NCBI GenBank assembly: GCA_945865665.1
Contig: CAMBEE010000001.1
Span: 161,548-225,547 of the forward strand
Source of the DNA: an uncultured Clostridium sp.
GTDB lineage: Bacteria; Bacillota; Clostridia; TANB77; CAG-508
Direction: 5' to 3'
DNA: 64,000 nt
Position 1 is the stretch's first letter, and each line of letters starts with the position of its first letter. Positions 23,076 to 33,853 of this stretch are shown here, piece after piece. A program made the translations under genes and the position numbers. The notes below the pieces were generated by a model. It was given only the letters and a program-made list of their open reading frames with translations. It had not been told where the DNA came from and made no database searches.

Positions 23076-23825
23076 TTAAAACATTTCATCAAGCAACAAA
23101 TAGTAATTAATCTTTTCATAATTAGGCTCCATACCCAACATCTCAAAAAACAGTTTCTCGAATTCAGAATTGTGAAAAAAATTTCTAATTTCTCTGACGC
23201 ACATTGAAATATCCAACCATTTATCCGCAGTTCCACATCTTGCTAAATCAAAAAAATATATTTCATCGTTGCAAATAAACAAATTACTGATATCGCCATG
23301 TGAAAACACTAACTCTTCATGTGGCTTGTTGTCGCAGAGCCATTTATATAGTTCTTGTGGATCTGTAAATTCCGTTGAATCTTCCCAATTAGATATATCA
23401 GTATCTGCCAGACCGTTCTTCAAAAGATAATCCAGTTCCTCCAATCTCATATCAATTTGTGATGAAAACGGACAGTTTGAGATATCAATGGATTGCAATA
23501 ACTTAATTGCATTTGCTAAGTATGCTATGTATTGTATAGGATCCTCTGCAAAATCATCTATACTTTTCCCCTCAATTTCGCTCATAATCAAATATTCTGT
23601 ACTTTCTTTTTGACCATATTCAATTACTTTGGGAACGTTTAGTATGCCTTCCAACCACTGCATTACTTCAGCTTCTCGCTTGACACTATAGGTTGTACGT
23701 GAGTATATTTCATTAATCCTTTTTAAATATACAACCTGGTCTTCAATTTGACATTTATATACTTCTGCCGCCGACATACCTACAGCATCTTTTTCTTGAA
23801 CGATAATTTTGTCTATATACTTCAT
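23076..23825 (-). CDS. aph(3'): Aminoglycoside 3'-phosphotransferase, APH(3')-VII-like
   Basis: GMSAAEVYK, TTYSVKREAE, SHGD, FDLARCG.ADKWLD, YYLLLDEMF. Confidence 0.92.
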   Translation of the reverse strand: MKYIDKIIVQEKDAVGMSAAEVYKCQIEDQVVYLKRINEIYSRTTYSVKREAEVMQWLEGILNVPKVIEYGQKESTEYLIMSEIEGKSIDDFAEDPIQYIAYLANAIKLLQSIDISNCPFSSQIDMRLEELDYLLKNGLADTDISNWEDSTEFTDPQELYKWLCDNKPHEELVFSHGDISNLFICNDEIYFFDLARCGTADKWLDISMCVREIRNFFHNSEFEKLFFEMLGMEPNYEKINYYLLLDEMF

Positions 23826-23850
23826 GCCTATACCTCCTAGCTCAAGATAG

Positions 23851-23879
23851 ATTATATCACACTCAAAACGTCATGTCAA
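23851..23879 (-). promoter_or_regulatory. Consensus sigma-A promoter for aph-aac
   Basis: TTGACA-17 nt-TATAAT on the minus strand. Confidence 0.85.
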
Positions 23880-23896
23880 TTATATATTCTTTGAGT

Positions 23897-25655
23897 GATA
23901 GCATAAATTTTCTGTAGGAAAACTTTTTGCTAAAATCCTGAACTTATTTTATTTCACGACTTTTGAGATTTCCTAATTTGATTTATATTTTTATCTTTAT
24001 TTTTCTATATTTTAAGGTTCACTTAATAAACCTTTTTATAGGCTTTTTTAAAATATCACATATTCACTTATATTTCAATACTTACACAGCTTTTCCATAC
24101 CAAATATTTTTTAATTCATAATACAATTCATCTCTAGCTCCTGCTAATGTTGGTATAGATACTCCTACTGTTCCAAATAATTTTTTCTCTGCTTTCTTTT
24201 TTATCCTTTTTTCTAATGCTTCAATTTTTTTATTTCTTTTTTCTTGTGTTGATATATCTATTATCTTTTGGTAAATATTTCCACCATTTTGTGTAAATGC
24301 TCTTAATTGACTCATTTCGTCAATTCCTTCTTCACACCACACTTTTGCATCTGTGCTCATTCTTTCTGATAATGTATGATGTACTTGTCCTTCTTGGCAA
24401 CATCCTGTTAATTTATCTTTATATTTATCATGTGCTTCTATTCCAGACCATTGATTCATTAAGTATGTTTTTGTATTTTGTATTTTCTTTAATCTATTTT
24501 TTAATCTTTTTGTATTTCTTCCCAATTGCTCATCTTCTTTAATCTCTTGTTTTATTTTCTTTATTGCTTCATTCATTATATTTTCTGTGCTTATTGGATC
24601 ATATTGGTCTATTGCTTCTTGTAATTTATTTTTCAAATATTCATCATAATTTAAGTGATTTATATATTTTTCTAAATGGAATAAATCTAATACAAATACT
24701 GCTTTATCTATCCATTCAACTCCTGCTTTGATATATGATGCTCCATCTCCCATTATGAAAATATTTTCTATTTCATCTTTCTTATATGTACAATCTATGT
24801 AATATGCTACATCTTCCCATAATTTTTGATTATCTTTGTATAACCCTGAAAATGTAAATTTATCCACTAATTCCTTTCTTACTTGTTGTACTTCATCTAT
24901 TCTATCTGGCTTTGTTAAAGTTCTTTTTCGTGTATATATGGTTACTATTTTTGATATTGTACATCCTTTCTTATTTCTTTCTTTTATGTGGTCTTCATCT
25001 ACTTGAATGTAAATATTTTTTGCCTTAATTTTATCTTCTTCTTTTCGTTCTTCAATTTCCATATCCCACTCGTTTTTTCTTACATTTCTCATTACTGTTG
25101 TTGCACTTATTTCAAGTCCTGGTACTACCATTTTTCCTGATTTGTTATATGATTGGTCATTTGCTCTTTCAATTACTTCTGATTTTACTTTTTTATCTAT
25201 TCTTTCGCCTTTTTCTATTCCAAGTACTGCATCTGTTAAATATACATATTCCCCTGTTTCCTTATCTTGGTAATATCTTCTTTCAAATTTGGTTTTTCCA
25301 TTTTTTGTTATTAAACTTTTTTCTTGAAATCTTACTGGCTCATATTGTTTTTTCTTTTTATTATCTTCAAATATTATTTCATCTAATTGTTTGGCTATTT
25401 CTGAAAATAATTCTTTTCCTAAAATATCTGTAAATTCTTTTATCGCAACTGTTAATGAACTTACATCTTCTCCTGATAATACTTTTTTTAATCCTTCTTT
25501 TAAAATTTTGTTGTTTTTTTCATAAATCTTTTGTATAATTGAATACATAAGAGATACCTCCTTGAATATTATTTTTTCGTTAAAAATATTCTATCAAATC
25601 GGTATCTCTTATTCAATTTTTTTCTTAAATTTTCCTACTAAAAGTTTATACTAAC
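23897..25655 (-). mobile_element. ISLre2-family insertion sequence with 10-bp target duplication
   Basis: IRs GATAGCATAAATTTTCTGTAGGAAAA / GTTAGTATAAACTTTTAGTAGGAAAA; TTCTTTGAGT at 23887-23896 and 25656-25665. Confidence 0.9.
24082..25548 (-). CDS. ISLre2-family (UPF0236) transposase
   Basis: FERRYY, IQVDEDH, MGDGASYI, LDLFHL, YLMNQW, EGQVHH.LSERM. Confidence 0.9.
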   Translation of the reverse strand: MYSIIQKIYEKNNKILKEGLKKVLSGEDVSSLTVAIKEFTDILGKELFSEIAKQLDEIIFEDNKKKKQYEPVRFQEKSLITKNGKTKFERRYYQDKETGEYVYLTDAVLGIEKGERIDKKVKSEVIERANDQSYNKSGKMVVPGLEISATTVMRNVRKNEWDMEIEERKEEDKIKAKNIYIQVDEDHIKERNKKGCTISKIVTIYTRKRTLTKPDRIDEVQQVRKELVDKFTFSGLYKDNQKLWEDVAYYIDCTYKKDEIENIFIMGDGASYIKAGVEWIDKAVFVLDLFHLEKYINHLNYDEYLKNKLQEAIDQYDPISTENIMNEAIKKIKQEIKEDEQLGRNTKRLKNRLKKIQNTKTYLMNQWSGIEAHDKYKDKLTGCCQEGQVHHTLSERMSTDAKVWCEEGIDEMSQLRAFTQNGGNIYQKIIDISTQEKRNKKIEALEKRIKKKAEKKLFGTVGVSIPTLAGARDELYYELKNIWYGKAV

Positions 25656-25658
25656 TTC

Positions 25659-27231
25659 TTTGAGTTGCGGTATTTTACAAAAACTAAGCTATGTTTTTAA
25701 TAATTTATTTAATAATATTTATTAAATCTTATTTTTCACGAAAATATTGAGTTTTATTACACGCCAATATTGAACATCGTTAGATGTTCATTTTTTATAG
25801 TTTTAGGTTTTTTCTTTATTTATAATTTAAGACTTAGCTGCTTATATTTTTCTCTTATCTCTATTTTTTGCCACTTTTTAATGCCTGTATGTGCATATGC
25901 TAGTATATTTTTTATTCCTCTTGCAAACTGACTCATCCATACTAAGATCTTTCCTCTTAATGATTTACTTGATTCTACTATTTTTATACTTAACAGTTTT
26001 TTATTTACTTCTTCTGCTAATAAACTAATATGTCCTAAATGTATTGTTAAAAATAAATTAAGATTATTTATTCCTTTTAATGTTCTTAATCTTATGTTCT
26101 CAAATTCATATTCTTGTTTTTTGGCTCTAAAATATTCTTCTATACGCCATCTTGAAAAATACAATCTTACTACTTTTATTACATCTTCTTTATTATGTAT
26201 TTCTCTATTCGTAAGAAGTATTAATGGTCTTTCTTCACTTAGTCCATAACAAAATACTAATTCATAATCTTTCTTATTGTATGGCAGTGTAACTTTGGTG
26301 TGTGATACATATACTTCACGTTCTTCATTATCATCAAACCATAGTGTCATTCTTATTTTTCCTTTTCTTTTTAGGGCTTCTTCATATGCATTTTTCTTTT
26401 TTCCTTTAAATAAGAAAACTCTTCGATCATTCATTCTTATAATAAAATAATTGTCATTCATATAGTCGATTATTTTATTATCATCATAACCTCTATCAAA
26501 AACTCCAGTAAATTTTCTTCCTAATACATTTTTTACTGCATCTATACTTTTCATTGTATATTCATTCATGCTTTTAAATTCTTTACTTTTACATGAATAT
26601 ATTTTGCTATATACACTTATTGGTTGTTTTTCTTTTTCAGTTAAAATTACTGATTCGCAAACATGATATCCTTTTGTAATCTTTTTATCTAAACTAGATG
26701 CATCAATTACATCATCTAAATCTTCAAATTTTTTTCCATATATTTTAGATATATCAGAATCATCAAATAGAGCAACTGGTTCATCTCCATATACATCTCC
26801 AATAGTTCCAATATAATTTTTATATACCTTATCCGTATCATTAAAATTATTTAAATTATCACATAATCTTTCAATTGTATTTTTAAGTTTTATATTTTCA
26901 TTTAAGCTTCTAGATATATTTGATATTAAACAACTACCAGATGATGCAATTCCATATTCTATATCTTTTATAAATTTAGTTATAGGTTTATTTACACCTC
27001 TTGAAATTTTTTTACAAAAATTCATTATTTCTCTTTTCATTTCATATGTATTTGCTGTAAAATTATTCATGTAAGCACCTCCGAATATTTTGTTTACCAA
27101 TAATTTTATTATTACAACTTAATTATACTAAACAAATGAGGTGTTTACCTTATTTTTACATTAAAAATCAGAGAAAGTTTTCCACAATCTCTGATTTTTT
27201 TACTTTAATTTAAATTTTACCGGAACTCAAA
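25659..27231 (-). mobile_element. IS4-like insertion sequence
   Basis: IRs TTTGAGTTGCGGTA (25659) / TACCGGAACTCAAA (27218-27231); no clear TSD. Confidence 0.8.
25820..27070 (-). CDS. IS4-like DDE transposase
   Basis: FDDSDI, FDRGYD, YFSRWRIEEYFR.KK (YREK signature). Confidence 0.9.
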   Translation of the reverse strand: MNNFTANTYEMKREIMNFCKKISRGVNKPITKFIKDIEYGIASSGSCLISNISRSLNENIKLKNTIERLCDNLNNFNDTDKVYKNYIGTIGDVYGDEPVALFDDSDISKIYGKKFEDLDDVIDASSLDKKITKGYHVCESVILTEKEKQPISVYSKIYSCKSKEFKSMNEYTMKSIDAVKNVLGRKFTGVFDRGYDDNKIIDYMNDNYFIIRMNDRRVFLFKGKKKNAYEEALKRKGKIRMTLWFDDNEEREVYVSHTKVTLPYNKKDYELVFCYGLSEERPLILLTNREIHNKEDVIKVVRLYFSRWRIEEYFRAKKQEYEFENIRLRTLKGINNLNLFLTIHLGHISLLAEEVNKKLLSIKIVESSKSLRGKILVWMSQFARGIKNILAYAHTGIKKWQKIEIREKYKQLSLKL

Positions 27232-27307
27232 ATATTATAATATATGATAATTTAATTAAATGTGCTATTATAATTATTTTAAGCTTCTTTTACTACAAAA
27301 TATCACT

Positions 27308-27391
27308 TTAAAATTGTAATTTGTCTTTTTTATTTTCTTTAATATTTTCTTTACAATACTCTTTTATTCTATTTATTTTATTTTCACTCAA
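27308..27391 (-). pseudogene. Truncated paralog of the 30662..31243 membrane protein
   Basis: LSENKINRIKEYCKENIKENKKDKLQF* versus LSENNIKKIREYCKENIEENKKDKLKF, with the same RBS/TTG context. Confidence 0.75.
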
Positions 27392-27479
27392 ATTTGTACT
27401 CCCTTTAATATAATGTAATTTTATATTTTGTTTGTAATTATAATATGTTACATATATTTTTGATTTATATGATTTTAAT

Positions 27480-27989
27480 TTATTTTAGGCCTATAATATA
27501 GTTGTTTATTTTTTCAGATTGTTCCTGAATATCTGCAATGTATTTATCAAATATATCTGTTCTTATATTACATTTAGACTTTTTTTCTAAAATTTTTCTT
27601 AATAGTTCAAATGAGTCTATGATATGATGCCTAAATTCATAACTATCTTCTATTCTATTAAACTCTAATGATTCTATAATCGCAAAAGATTTATCAAATG
27701 CATCTAATATTTCGTTCAAGAGTTCTTGGCTTATTTGAGAGTTGTTACTTTTGTAGTAAATGCTTAAATACATTCTATATTTTGAATATACTTCATCAAA
27801 GTTTAGACTAATATTTTCTTTGTCTAAAATAACTTTGGCAATATGAATGTAAAATGCTTTTATAAAAACATAAGTTAATGTTTTATCAATGTTTTGGTTT
27901 TCATTAAATTCCTCTAATATGTTATAAATACTATCTTCACTTAAGTCAAATAGCTCACTTGCAAAATCATTTGTTAAAATATTCTTCAT
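27480..27989 (-). CDS. Hypothetical protein
   Basis: RBS GGAG; 169 aa ORF. Confidence 0.65.
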   Translation of the reverse strand: MKNILTNDFASELFDLSEDSIYNILEEFNENQNIDKTLTYVFIKAFYIHIAKVILDKENISLNFDEVYSKYRMYLSIYYKSNNSQISQELLNEILDAFDKSFAIIESLEFNRIEDSYEFRHHIIDSFELLRKILEKKSKCNIRTDIFDKYIADIQEQSEKINNYIIGLK

Positions 27990-28008
27990 TTCTATCTCTC
28001 CCTTATAA

Positions 28009-29031
28009 CTAACCATTCTCATAACTTAAATTATGAGTACCTAATTTTCCCATTCTCCTGAACTTTCTTTTTAGCAAAGTAAAATATTTTCTAAAATTAA
28101 TTTTATTTATAATATATCCTAATACACATCCAAATATAATTAATAAAATTCTCAATTCTATTGCAGTACTTGTATCAAATAAAGCCGAAGCAGAACTAAT
28201 TGCATTTACAGTAATAAATATTACTTGATACTTATAATCATTTATAAACGTATAAATATAATTTAAAATTATTGTAACAATCACATCATATTTTTCTGGT
28301 ACCAATGCTTGGAATAATATAGCAAAAACAATTGAACCAATTATTGTTGAAATTATTCTACTTATAAATCTTTTTTGAGTATTAGAAAAATCAATTTGTG
28401 TTAAAGACATAACAGACATTGAAATCCACATAGTCTTTTTAACACCAAACAATGTACCAATCAACATCGCAATACTTACACCAATAGCCATCTTTAAAGC
28501 TATAATAAACCTATTTGATGTTATACTCATACTCTTAAATGCTTGCTTAATTGTATCATGCTCCTTATTTGAATTTTTATTTTTAAAATAATATACTAAT
28601 GACACTATTACTCCACCTATAAGCAAACTTAACATTCTAGTTACAAAATCATGACCCTCTGCGGGATTTGACTGATTAAAAATGTAACATAAAATAAATG
28701 GCATATACGCCTTATATTCTGGTTTTGCTGATGGAATGTACATAATTAAGAATATTGTAATAAAGTTTACAATCAAACCTATTACTGGATTTATTTGAGC
28801 CAACTTATTTGAAAATCCTATTTGTAAAAACATCAAAACAATAACAAATGGTGCTTGTTTTATATTAATTCCTATATCCATATACCAATACATCATAGTT
28901 CCAATTAATACACATACCCATGTCAAAGAATTATTTGTACCAAATATTTGTGAAAATACGCCTACAAATAATGTAATAAAAACCAACTTTAATAAATTAG
29001 AAAATATACTTTTACGTGTTATTTTTTGCAT
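28009..29031 (-). CDS. FUSC-family membrane protein
   Basis: Multi-TM; WISMSVMSLTQ...RIISTIIGS...LRILLIIFG. Confidence 0.8.
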   Translation of the reverse strand: MQKITRKSIFSNLLKLVFITLFVGVFSQIFGTNNSLTWVCVLIGTMMYWYMDIGINIKQAPFVIVLMFLQIGFSNKLAQINPVIGLIVNFITIFLIMYIPSAKPEYKAYMPFILCYIFNQSNPAEGHDFVTRMLSLLIGGVIVSLVYYFKNKNSNKEHDTIKQAFKSMSITSNRFIIALKMAIGVSIAMLIGTLFGVKKTMWISMSVMSLTQIDFSNTQKRFISRIISTIIGSIVFAILFQALVPEKYDVIVTIILNYIYTFINDYKYQVIFITVNAISSASALFDTSTAIELRILLIIFGCVLGYIINKINFRKYFTLLKRKFRRMGKLGTHNLSYENG

Positions 29032-29080
29032 AAAATACCTTCTTTCTCGCAAAAATTATGGCTAATATTTACAAAAAAAA

Positions 29081-29150
29081 TTAGCACTCTGTAAAAACGA
29101 CTGCTAATATTTTATACCTATTTTTAGCAGTTGTCAATTCAAAGTGCTAA
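29081..29150. promoter_or_regulatory. Two CIRCE (HrcA) operators
   Basis: TTAGCACTC-N9-GACTGCTAA at 29081-29107 and TTAGCAGTT-N9-AAGTGCTAA at 29124-29150, the second overlapping a minus-strand TTGACA. Confidence 0.85.
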
Positions 29151-29216
29151 ATATTCACATAAATTTCACATTTAACTTTTCTATTTTCCCATTCACCATT
29201 AACATATCTTTCCATA

Positions 29217-29861
29217 TTATTGATTAATCAAAATTATCCCTTTGATTGTTGGATACAGTAACTTTATAAAATCTGTTGCATCTTGTTTTGAGCCAACAAC
29301 ACTCCCATAATGAACTGGTATAGCAAATTTAGGTTTTATAATATTTATTAATTGTGCTGCCTCTTTAAAATCCATTGTATATGTCCCACCAACTGGAACA
29401 AATGCAACATCACATTTTACTTTTTTATTTTCTTCAGTAATATCAGTATCTCCTGCTATATAATACCTAACACCCTTTATTTCTATAATATAGCCTAGCC
29501 AATTATTTTCTTTTGGGTGAAAAGGCTTATTTGTATTATATGCTGGAACTGCCTCAACTTTTATTCCATCAATAATTTCTGTATCTCCTGAATCAAGCGT
29601 AAAAATGTTTTCTTGATTTATTCCTTTTTCAAGTAATTTAGGTAATAAATCATCAGGAATAACAAAAATAGAATTAAATTTTCTTACTTTATCTATATCA
29701 TCTTCAGAATAATGGTCATAATGGTCATGTGTTATAAAAATTATATCTGCATCATTATAATTTTTATCTATATGATATGGATCTATATAAATAATTTTTT
29801 CTTTATTTATTTTTATACAACTATGGTATAAAACCTCTATATTATCAAGAATATTTATCAT
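29217..29861 (-). CDS. MBL-fold metallo-hydrolase (copy 1)
   Basis: THDHYDH, YIAGDT, PVGGTYTM, PVHYG. Confidence 0.92.
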   Translation of the reverse strand: MINILDNIEVLYHSCIKINKEKIIYIDPYHIDKNYNDADIIFITHDHYDHYSEDDIDKVRKFNSIFVIPDDLLPKLLEKGINQENIFTLDSGDTEIIDGIKVEAVPAYNTNKPFHPKENNWLGYIIEIKGVRYYIAGDTDITEENKKVKCDVAFVPVGGTYTMDFKEAAQLINIIKPKFAIPVHYGSVVGSKQDATDFIKLLYPTIKGIILINQ

Positions 29862-29914
29862 TTCTACTACCTCCATTTTTAGATATTATAATATAAATAA
29901 ATATACAAAACAAA

Positions 29915-30282
29915 TTATTCTTCTTTTATAGCTATTATCAATTCATTTGGTTGTACCATCATATTTGCATTTTTATATGTAAATCTTGCATGAGAAAAAT
30001 AAACTTTATAATTTTTATTTTCTAATTTAGTACGTGTCAAAGATAAAAATTTATCAGTATCTTGTTCAGATAAATTATTTTTTACTCTTATTGAGTTTGA
30101 TAATTCTATTCTTTTAAAATTTGCTTCTTTTAATTTTCCCAGTTGTTTCTCTGTCTTTTCTAAATTTTCTGATATTGGATAAACTGGTGTAAGAACGCAA
30201 TTACCTTCTAAAGCCAATTTTCTGCTACTATCATCATTTCTTTTTGAAATTTTAAACTTCCACATATTGTTATTACTTTCAT
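29915..30282 (-). pseudogene. Frameshifted, probably chimeric hypothetical gene
   Basis: MKVITICGSLKFQKEMMIVAE joins LALEGNCVLTPVYP only if one A is added to GAAAA. Confidence 0.55.
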
Positions 30283-30661
30283 TTTTTATATCTTCCCTAC
30301 AACTTACTATTTTACTATAAGTATAATATCACAAAGGCAAGTAATTATCAACAAATCACCAGCCCTATGATAGCATAAATTTTACACTATTTCTTGACTT
30401 TTTACATATAAATAGCTTATAATAAATATAGGAAATGACAAATCCACAAACGTGGTTTTGCCGAAATAGATATAAAAACTCACATCTAAATCGTCAAATT
30501 TACAGATGTGAGCTTTTTTATTTATGTAGTTGCTTATCAACCCAGTTCTTATACAGAACTGCTGTCAAGGCAACGTTTAATGTTAAAGAAAACATTTTTA
30601 TTTTTAATGTTATATTTTCTTTTTTATATTCATACTTAAACATAATTTTATAAACTTAAAA

Positions 30662-31243
30662 TCAATAATCTATTTCTTCATATTCTTTTTCATCATAGAA
30701 AGCTACTTTTAAAGCAATAATAATCATTTCAAAACCTAATATAACCAAGTGTTCTTCTACTTTTTCAAATGGATCAAATACTAATAATATAGATAAAGCT
30801 GTTTCTATAATAGCATATACTAATTTTCCAATATACTGCTTATTGTTCACTTTATTATATAGTGCAATGTTAAATCCTTTTACTCCTTTTCTTAATCCTG
30901 TAATACCCCATATTATTGCAATAAATGATATAGCATTTTGACCTTTAAATAACGTCATTATACCTAACAATAGTGCAACAATATTTTCTGGTATTTTCAT
31001 TGTATCTAATGTCTTATATTCTTTTTTCTTTATGTTTCTAATTAAATTTATCAAAGAAATATTAATTGTAGTTATGCCAGTAATGATTGTTAATTTTTCT
31101 TTTAAATAATCAGCAAATATTATATGTATCATGCCTACAACTATCAATATAATTTGTATAGAAAATTTTAATTTATCTTTTTTATTTTCTTCAATATTTT
31201 CCTTGCAATATTCTCTTATTTTTTTTATGTTATTTTCACTCAA
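30662..31243 (-). CDS. Membrane protein (HdeD/DUF308-like)
   Basis: RBS AGGAG plus TTG at 31243; about 6 TM helices. Confidence 0.7.
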   Translation of the reverse strand: MSENNIKKIREYCKENIEENKKDKLKFSIQIILIVVGMIHIIFADYLKEKLTIITGITTINISLINLIRNIKKKEYKTLDTMKIPENIVALLLGIMTLFKGQNAISFIAIIWGITGLRKGVKGFNIALYNKVNNKQYIGKLVYAIIETALSILLVFDPFEKVEEHLVILGFEMIIIALKVAFYDEKEYEEIDY

Positions 31244-31283
31244 ATTTATACTCCTTGTTTTATAATATTTTTTCACATCAACT

Positions 31284-33167
31284 TTATTTTGCCATAATTT
31301 CACAGACCAAATTACTAATCTCTGTTGGATTTTCAATAGGTAATCCTTCAATTAGTCTTGCTTGTGCATATAGAACTTTTGTATATTTTTCTAATTTATC
31401 TTTATCCTCTTTATAAAGTTCTTTTAATTTTTGGGCTATTTCATGGTTTTCATTTATTTCTAATACTGTTTGTGCTTTAATTCCTTGATTATTTGGCATA
31501 GCATTTAATGTTTTTTCCATTTCTACTGATATTGCTCCTTCACTGCTTAAACAAACAGGATGATTTTTTAGTTTATGTGTAAATCTGACATTTTGTACTT
31601 CTTCATCTAAAGCTTTTTTCATAGTTTCAAACATTTCTTTATTTTCTTCATTAGCCTTTTTTAGTTCTTCTTTTTCTTCATCACTATCTAAATCAAAATT
31701 ATCACTACATATGTTTTGGAATGATTTTTCTTCATAATTCATCAATACTTGGAATACAAATTCATCAACATTATCTGTTAAGTATAGTATTTCATATCCT
31801 TTTTCTTTTAATCTTTCTACTTGTGGTAACATATCTATTTTATCTACTGTCTCACCACATGCATAATAAATTGATTTTTGGTCTTCTTTCATTCTTTCTA
31901 CATATTCTTTTAATGTAACTAGTTTGTTTTCTGTTGATGAATAGAACATTAATAAATCTTTTAACTTGTCCTTGTTCATTCCATAATCTTCATAAGCACC
32001 ATATTTTAGTTGTAGTCCAAAATTCATAAAGAATTGTTCATATTTTTCCCTATCATTTTTCAACATATTCTCTAATTCTGATTTTATTTTGTTTTCTATG
32101 TTTCTTGCAATTACTCTTAATTGTCTATCATGTTGTAGCATTTCTCTTGATATATTTAATGATAAATCTTCACTATCAACTAATCCTTTTACAAATCCAA
32201 AGTAATCTGGTAGTAAGTCTTCACATTTTTCCATTATCAATACGCCATTTGCATATAGTTGTAATCCTTTTTCATATTCTTTATTGTAATAATCATATGG
32301 TAAATGTGATGGAATATATAATAAGCTATTATATTTATATTGTCCTTCAACTGCTGTATGTATTACTTTTAGTGGTTTCTCATAATCATGGAATTTTTCT
32401 GTATAGAAGCTATCATATTCCTCTTCTTTAATTTTTTTCTTATTCTTTTTCCAAATAGGTGTCATAGAATTTATTGTTTCTATTTCTTTTACTTGTTCAT
32501 ATTCATCTTCTGTTCCTTCTTTTTTATGGCTATGTTCTACTTCCATTTGAATTGGGTAACGTATATAATCTGAATATTTCTTTATAATGTCTTGTATTGT
32601 GTAAGATTCTAAGAATTGGCTATATTTTTCTTCTTCTGAATCCTCTTTTATGTGTAATGTGATTTTTGTACCAATATCTTCTTTTTCACATGGTTCTATT
32701 GAGTAACCTTCAACGCCTTTTGATTTCCAACAATATGCTTTATCACTATCTACTGACTTACTTTCTACTGTTACTAAATCACTTACCATGAATGCTGAAT
32801 AAAATCCAACTCCAAATTGTCCTATTATATCAATATCTTTTTTCTTTTCATTTTCTTGTTTGAAATTTAGTGAACCACTTTTTGCTATTGTTCCTAAGTT
32901 TTTGTCTAATTCTTCTTCTGTCATACCACATCCATTATCAGTTATTGTAAGTAGTCTATTTTCTTTGTCTATGTCTATTCTGATTTTTAAATCATCTTTA
33001 TTTATTTTTAGTTTTTTGTCTGTTAGTGAGCGATAATATAATTTGTCTATTGCATCACTTGCATTTGAAATTAGTTCCCTTAAAAATATTTCTTTGTTTG
33101 TGTAAATTGAGTTAATCATTAAATCTAATAGTCTTTTTGACTCTGCTTTAAATTGTCTGTTTCCCAT
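31284..33167 (-). CDS. htpG: Chaperone HtpG (Hsp90)
   Basis: [42 protein letters not shown]. Confidence 0.98.
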   Translation of the reverse strand: MGNRQFKAESKRLLDLMINSIYTNKEIFLRELISNASDAIDKLYYRSLTDKKLKINKDDLKIRIDIDKENRLLTITDNGCGMTEEELDKNLGTIAKSGSLNFKQENEKKKDIDIIGQFGVGFYSAFMVSDLVTVESKSVDSDKAYCWKSKGVEGYSIEPCEKEDIGTKITLHIKEDSEEEKYSQFLESYTIQDIIKKYSDYIRYPIQMEVEHSHKKEGTEDEYEQVKEIETINSMTPIWKKNKKKIKEEEYDSFYTEKFHDYEKPLKVIHTAVEGQYKYNSLLYIPSHLPYDYYNKEYEKGLQLYANGVLIMEKCEDLLPDYFGFVKGLVDSEDLSLNISREMLQHDRQLRVIARNIENKIKSELENMLKNDREKYEQFFMNFGLQLKYGAYEDYGMNKDKLKDLLMFYSSTENKLVTLKEYVERMKEDQKSIYYACGETVDKIDMLPQVERLKEKGYEILYLTDNVDEFVFQVLMNYEEKSFQNICSDNFDLDSDEEKEELKKANEENKEMFETMKKALDEEVQNVRFTHKLKNHPVCLSSEGAISVEMEKTLNAMPNNQGIKAQTVLEINENHEIAQKLKELYKEDKDKLEKYTKVLYAQARLIEGLPIENPTEISNLVCEIMAK

Positions 33168-33231
33168 TTAAAATTCCTTCTTTCTTTATTTTATATTTTT
33201 TATTTTGATATGTATTATTATATTCTCTTTT

Positions 33232-33258
33232 TTAGCAAAGTCAATAGTAGAGTGCTAA
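33232..33258. promoter_or_regulatory. CIRCE operator upstream of htpG
   Basis: TTAGCAAAG-N9-GAGTGCTAA. Confidence 0.85.
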
Positions 33259-33366
33259 AATTTACAAAATTTTCACAAATATAAAAAATGAAGTACAAAT
33301 TATGAAATTTTTATACTTCATCTATTTTCTATAAAAATAATGTATTTCTTTTTCCATCATGATATG

Positions 33367-33852
33367 CTAGGCATTCATTAAATGCACACTTTCTTTTCTC
33401 TTTTTATCTAAACTTTCTAAAAAAGCGTGGCAACCCTCTACAATATCATAATATGTAACTTCAAAATTACCAGTATACCAAGGATCTGCAATATCTCTTG
33501 GATTATTTGAAAAATCCAATAATTTATATATTTTATTTTCTTTATCTTCTCCAACTATTCTTTTAATATCTCTAATATTTGCTTCTTCCATTCCAATTAT
33601 AAAATCGTATTTATTATAATCTTCTGGTGTAAGTCTAGTCGCCTTTCTTTTTGTAAACGGGATATTCTTTTGAATTAGTTTGTCTCGTGCACCGCAATAA
33701 ATATCATTTCCAATTTCTTCATAGCTTGTTGCAGAAGATTTTATATAAAATTCATTACTTAATCCTTTTTTATTGACCATATCTTTAAGTACAAATTCTG
33801 CCATTGGAGAACGGCAAATATTTCCTAAGCATACAAACATTATCTTAATCAT
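33367..33852 (-). CDS. Low-molecular-weight protein-tyrosine phosphatase
   Basis: VCLGNICRSPMAE, DIADPWY. Confidence 0.95.
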   Translation of the reverse strand: MIKIMFVCLGNICRSPMAEFVLKDMVNKKGLSNEFYIKSSATSYEEIGNDIYCGARDKLIQKNIPFTKRKATRLTPEDYNKYDFIIGMEEANIRDIKRIVGEDKENKIYKLLDFSNNPRDIADPWYTGNFEVTYYDIVEGCHAFLESLDKKRKESVHLMNA

Positions 33853-33853
33853 G

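Noticed and set aside
29915-30282. A fifth frameshifted gene
   Set aside because: It needs an added A in an A run and no CGG is involved, so it is ordinary decay or a sequencing error and is not counted as recoding.
30369-30391. 15-bp match to the ISLre2 left end (GATAGCATAAATTTT)
   Set aside because: Short and AT-rich, with no transposase or TSD; it could be a scar but I cannot support it.
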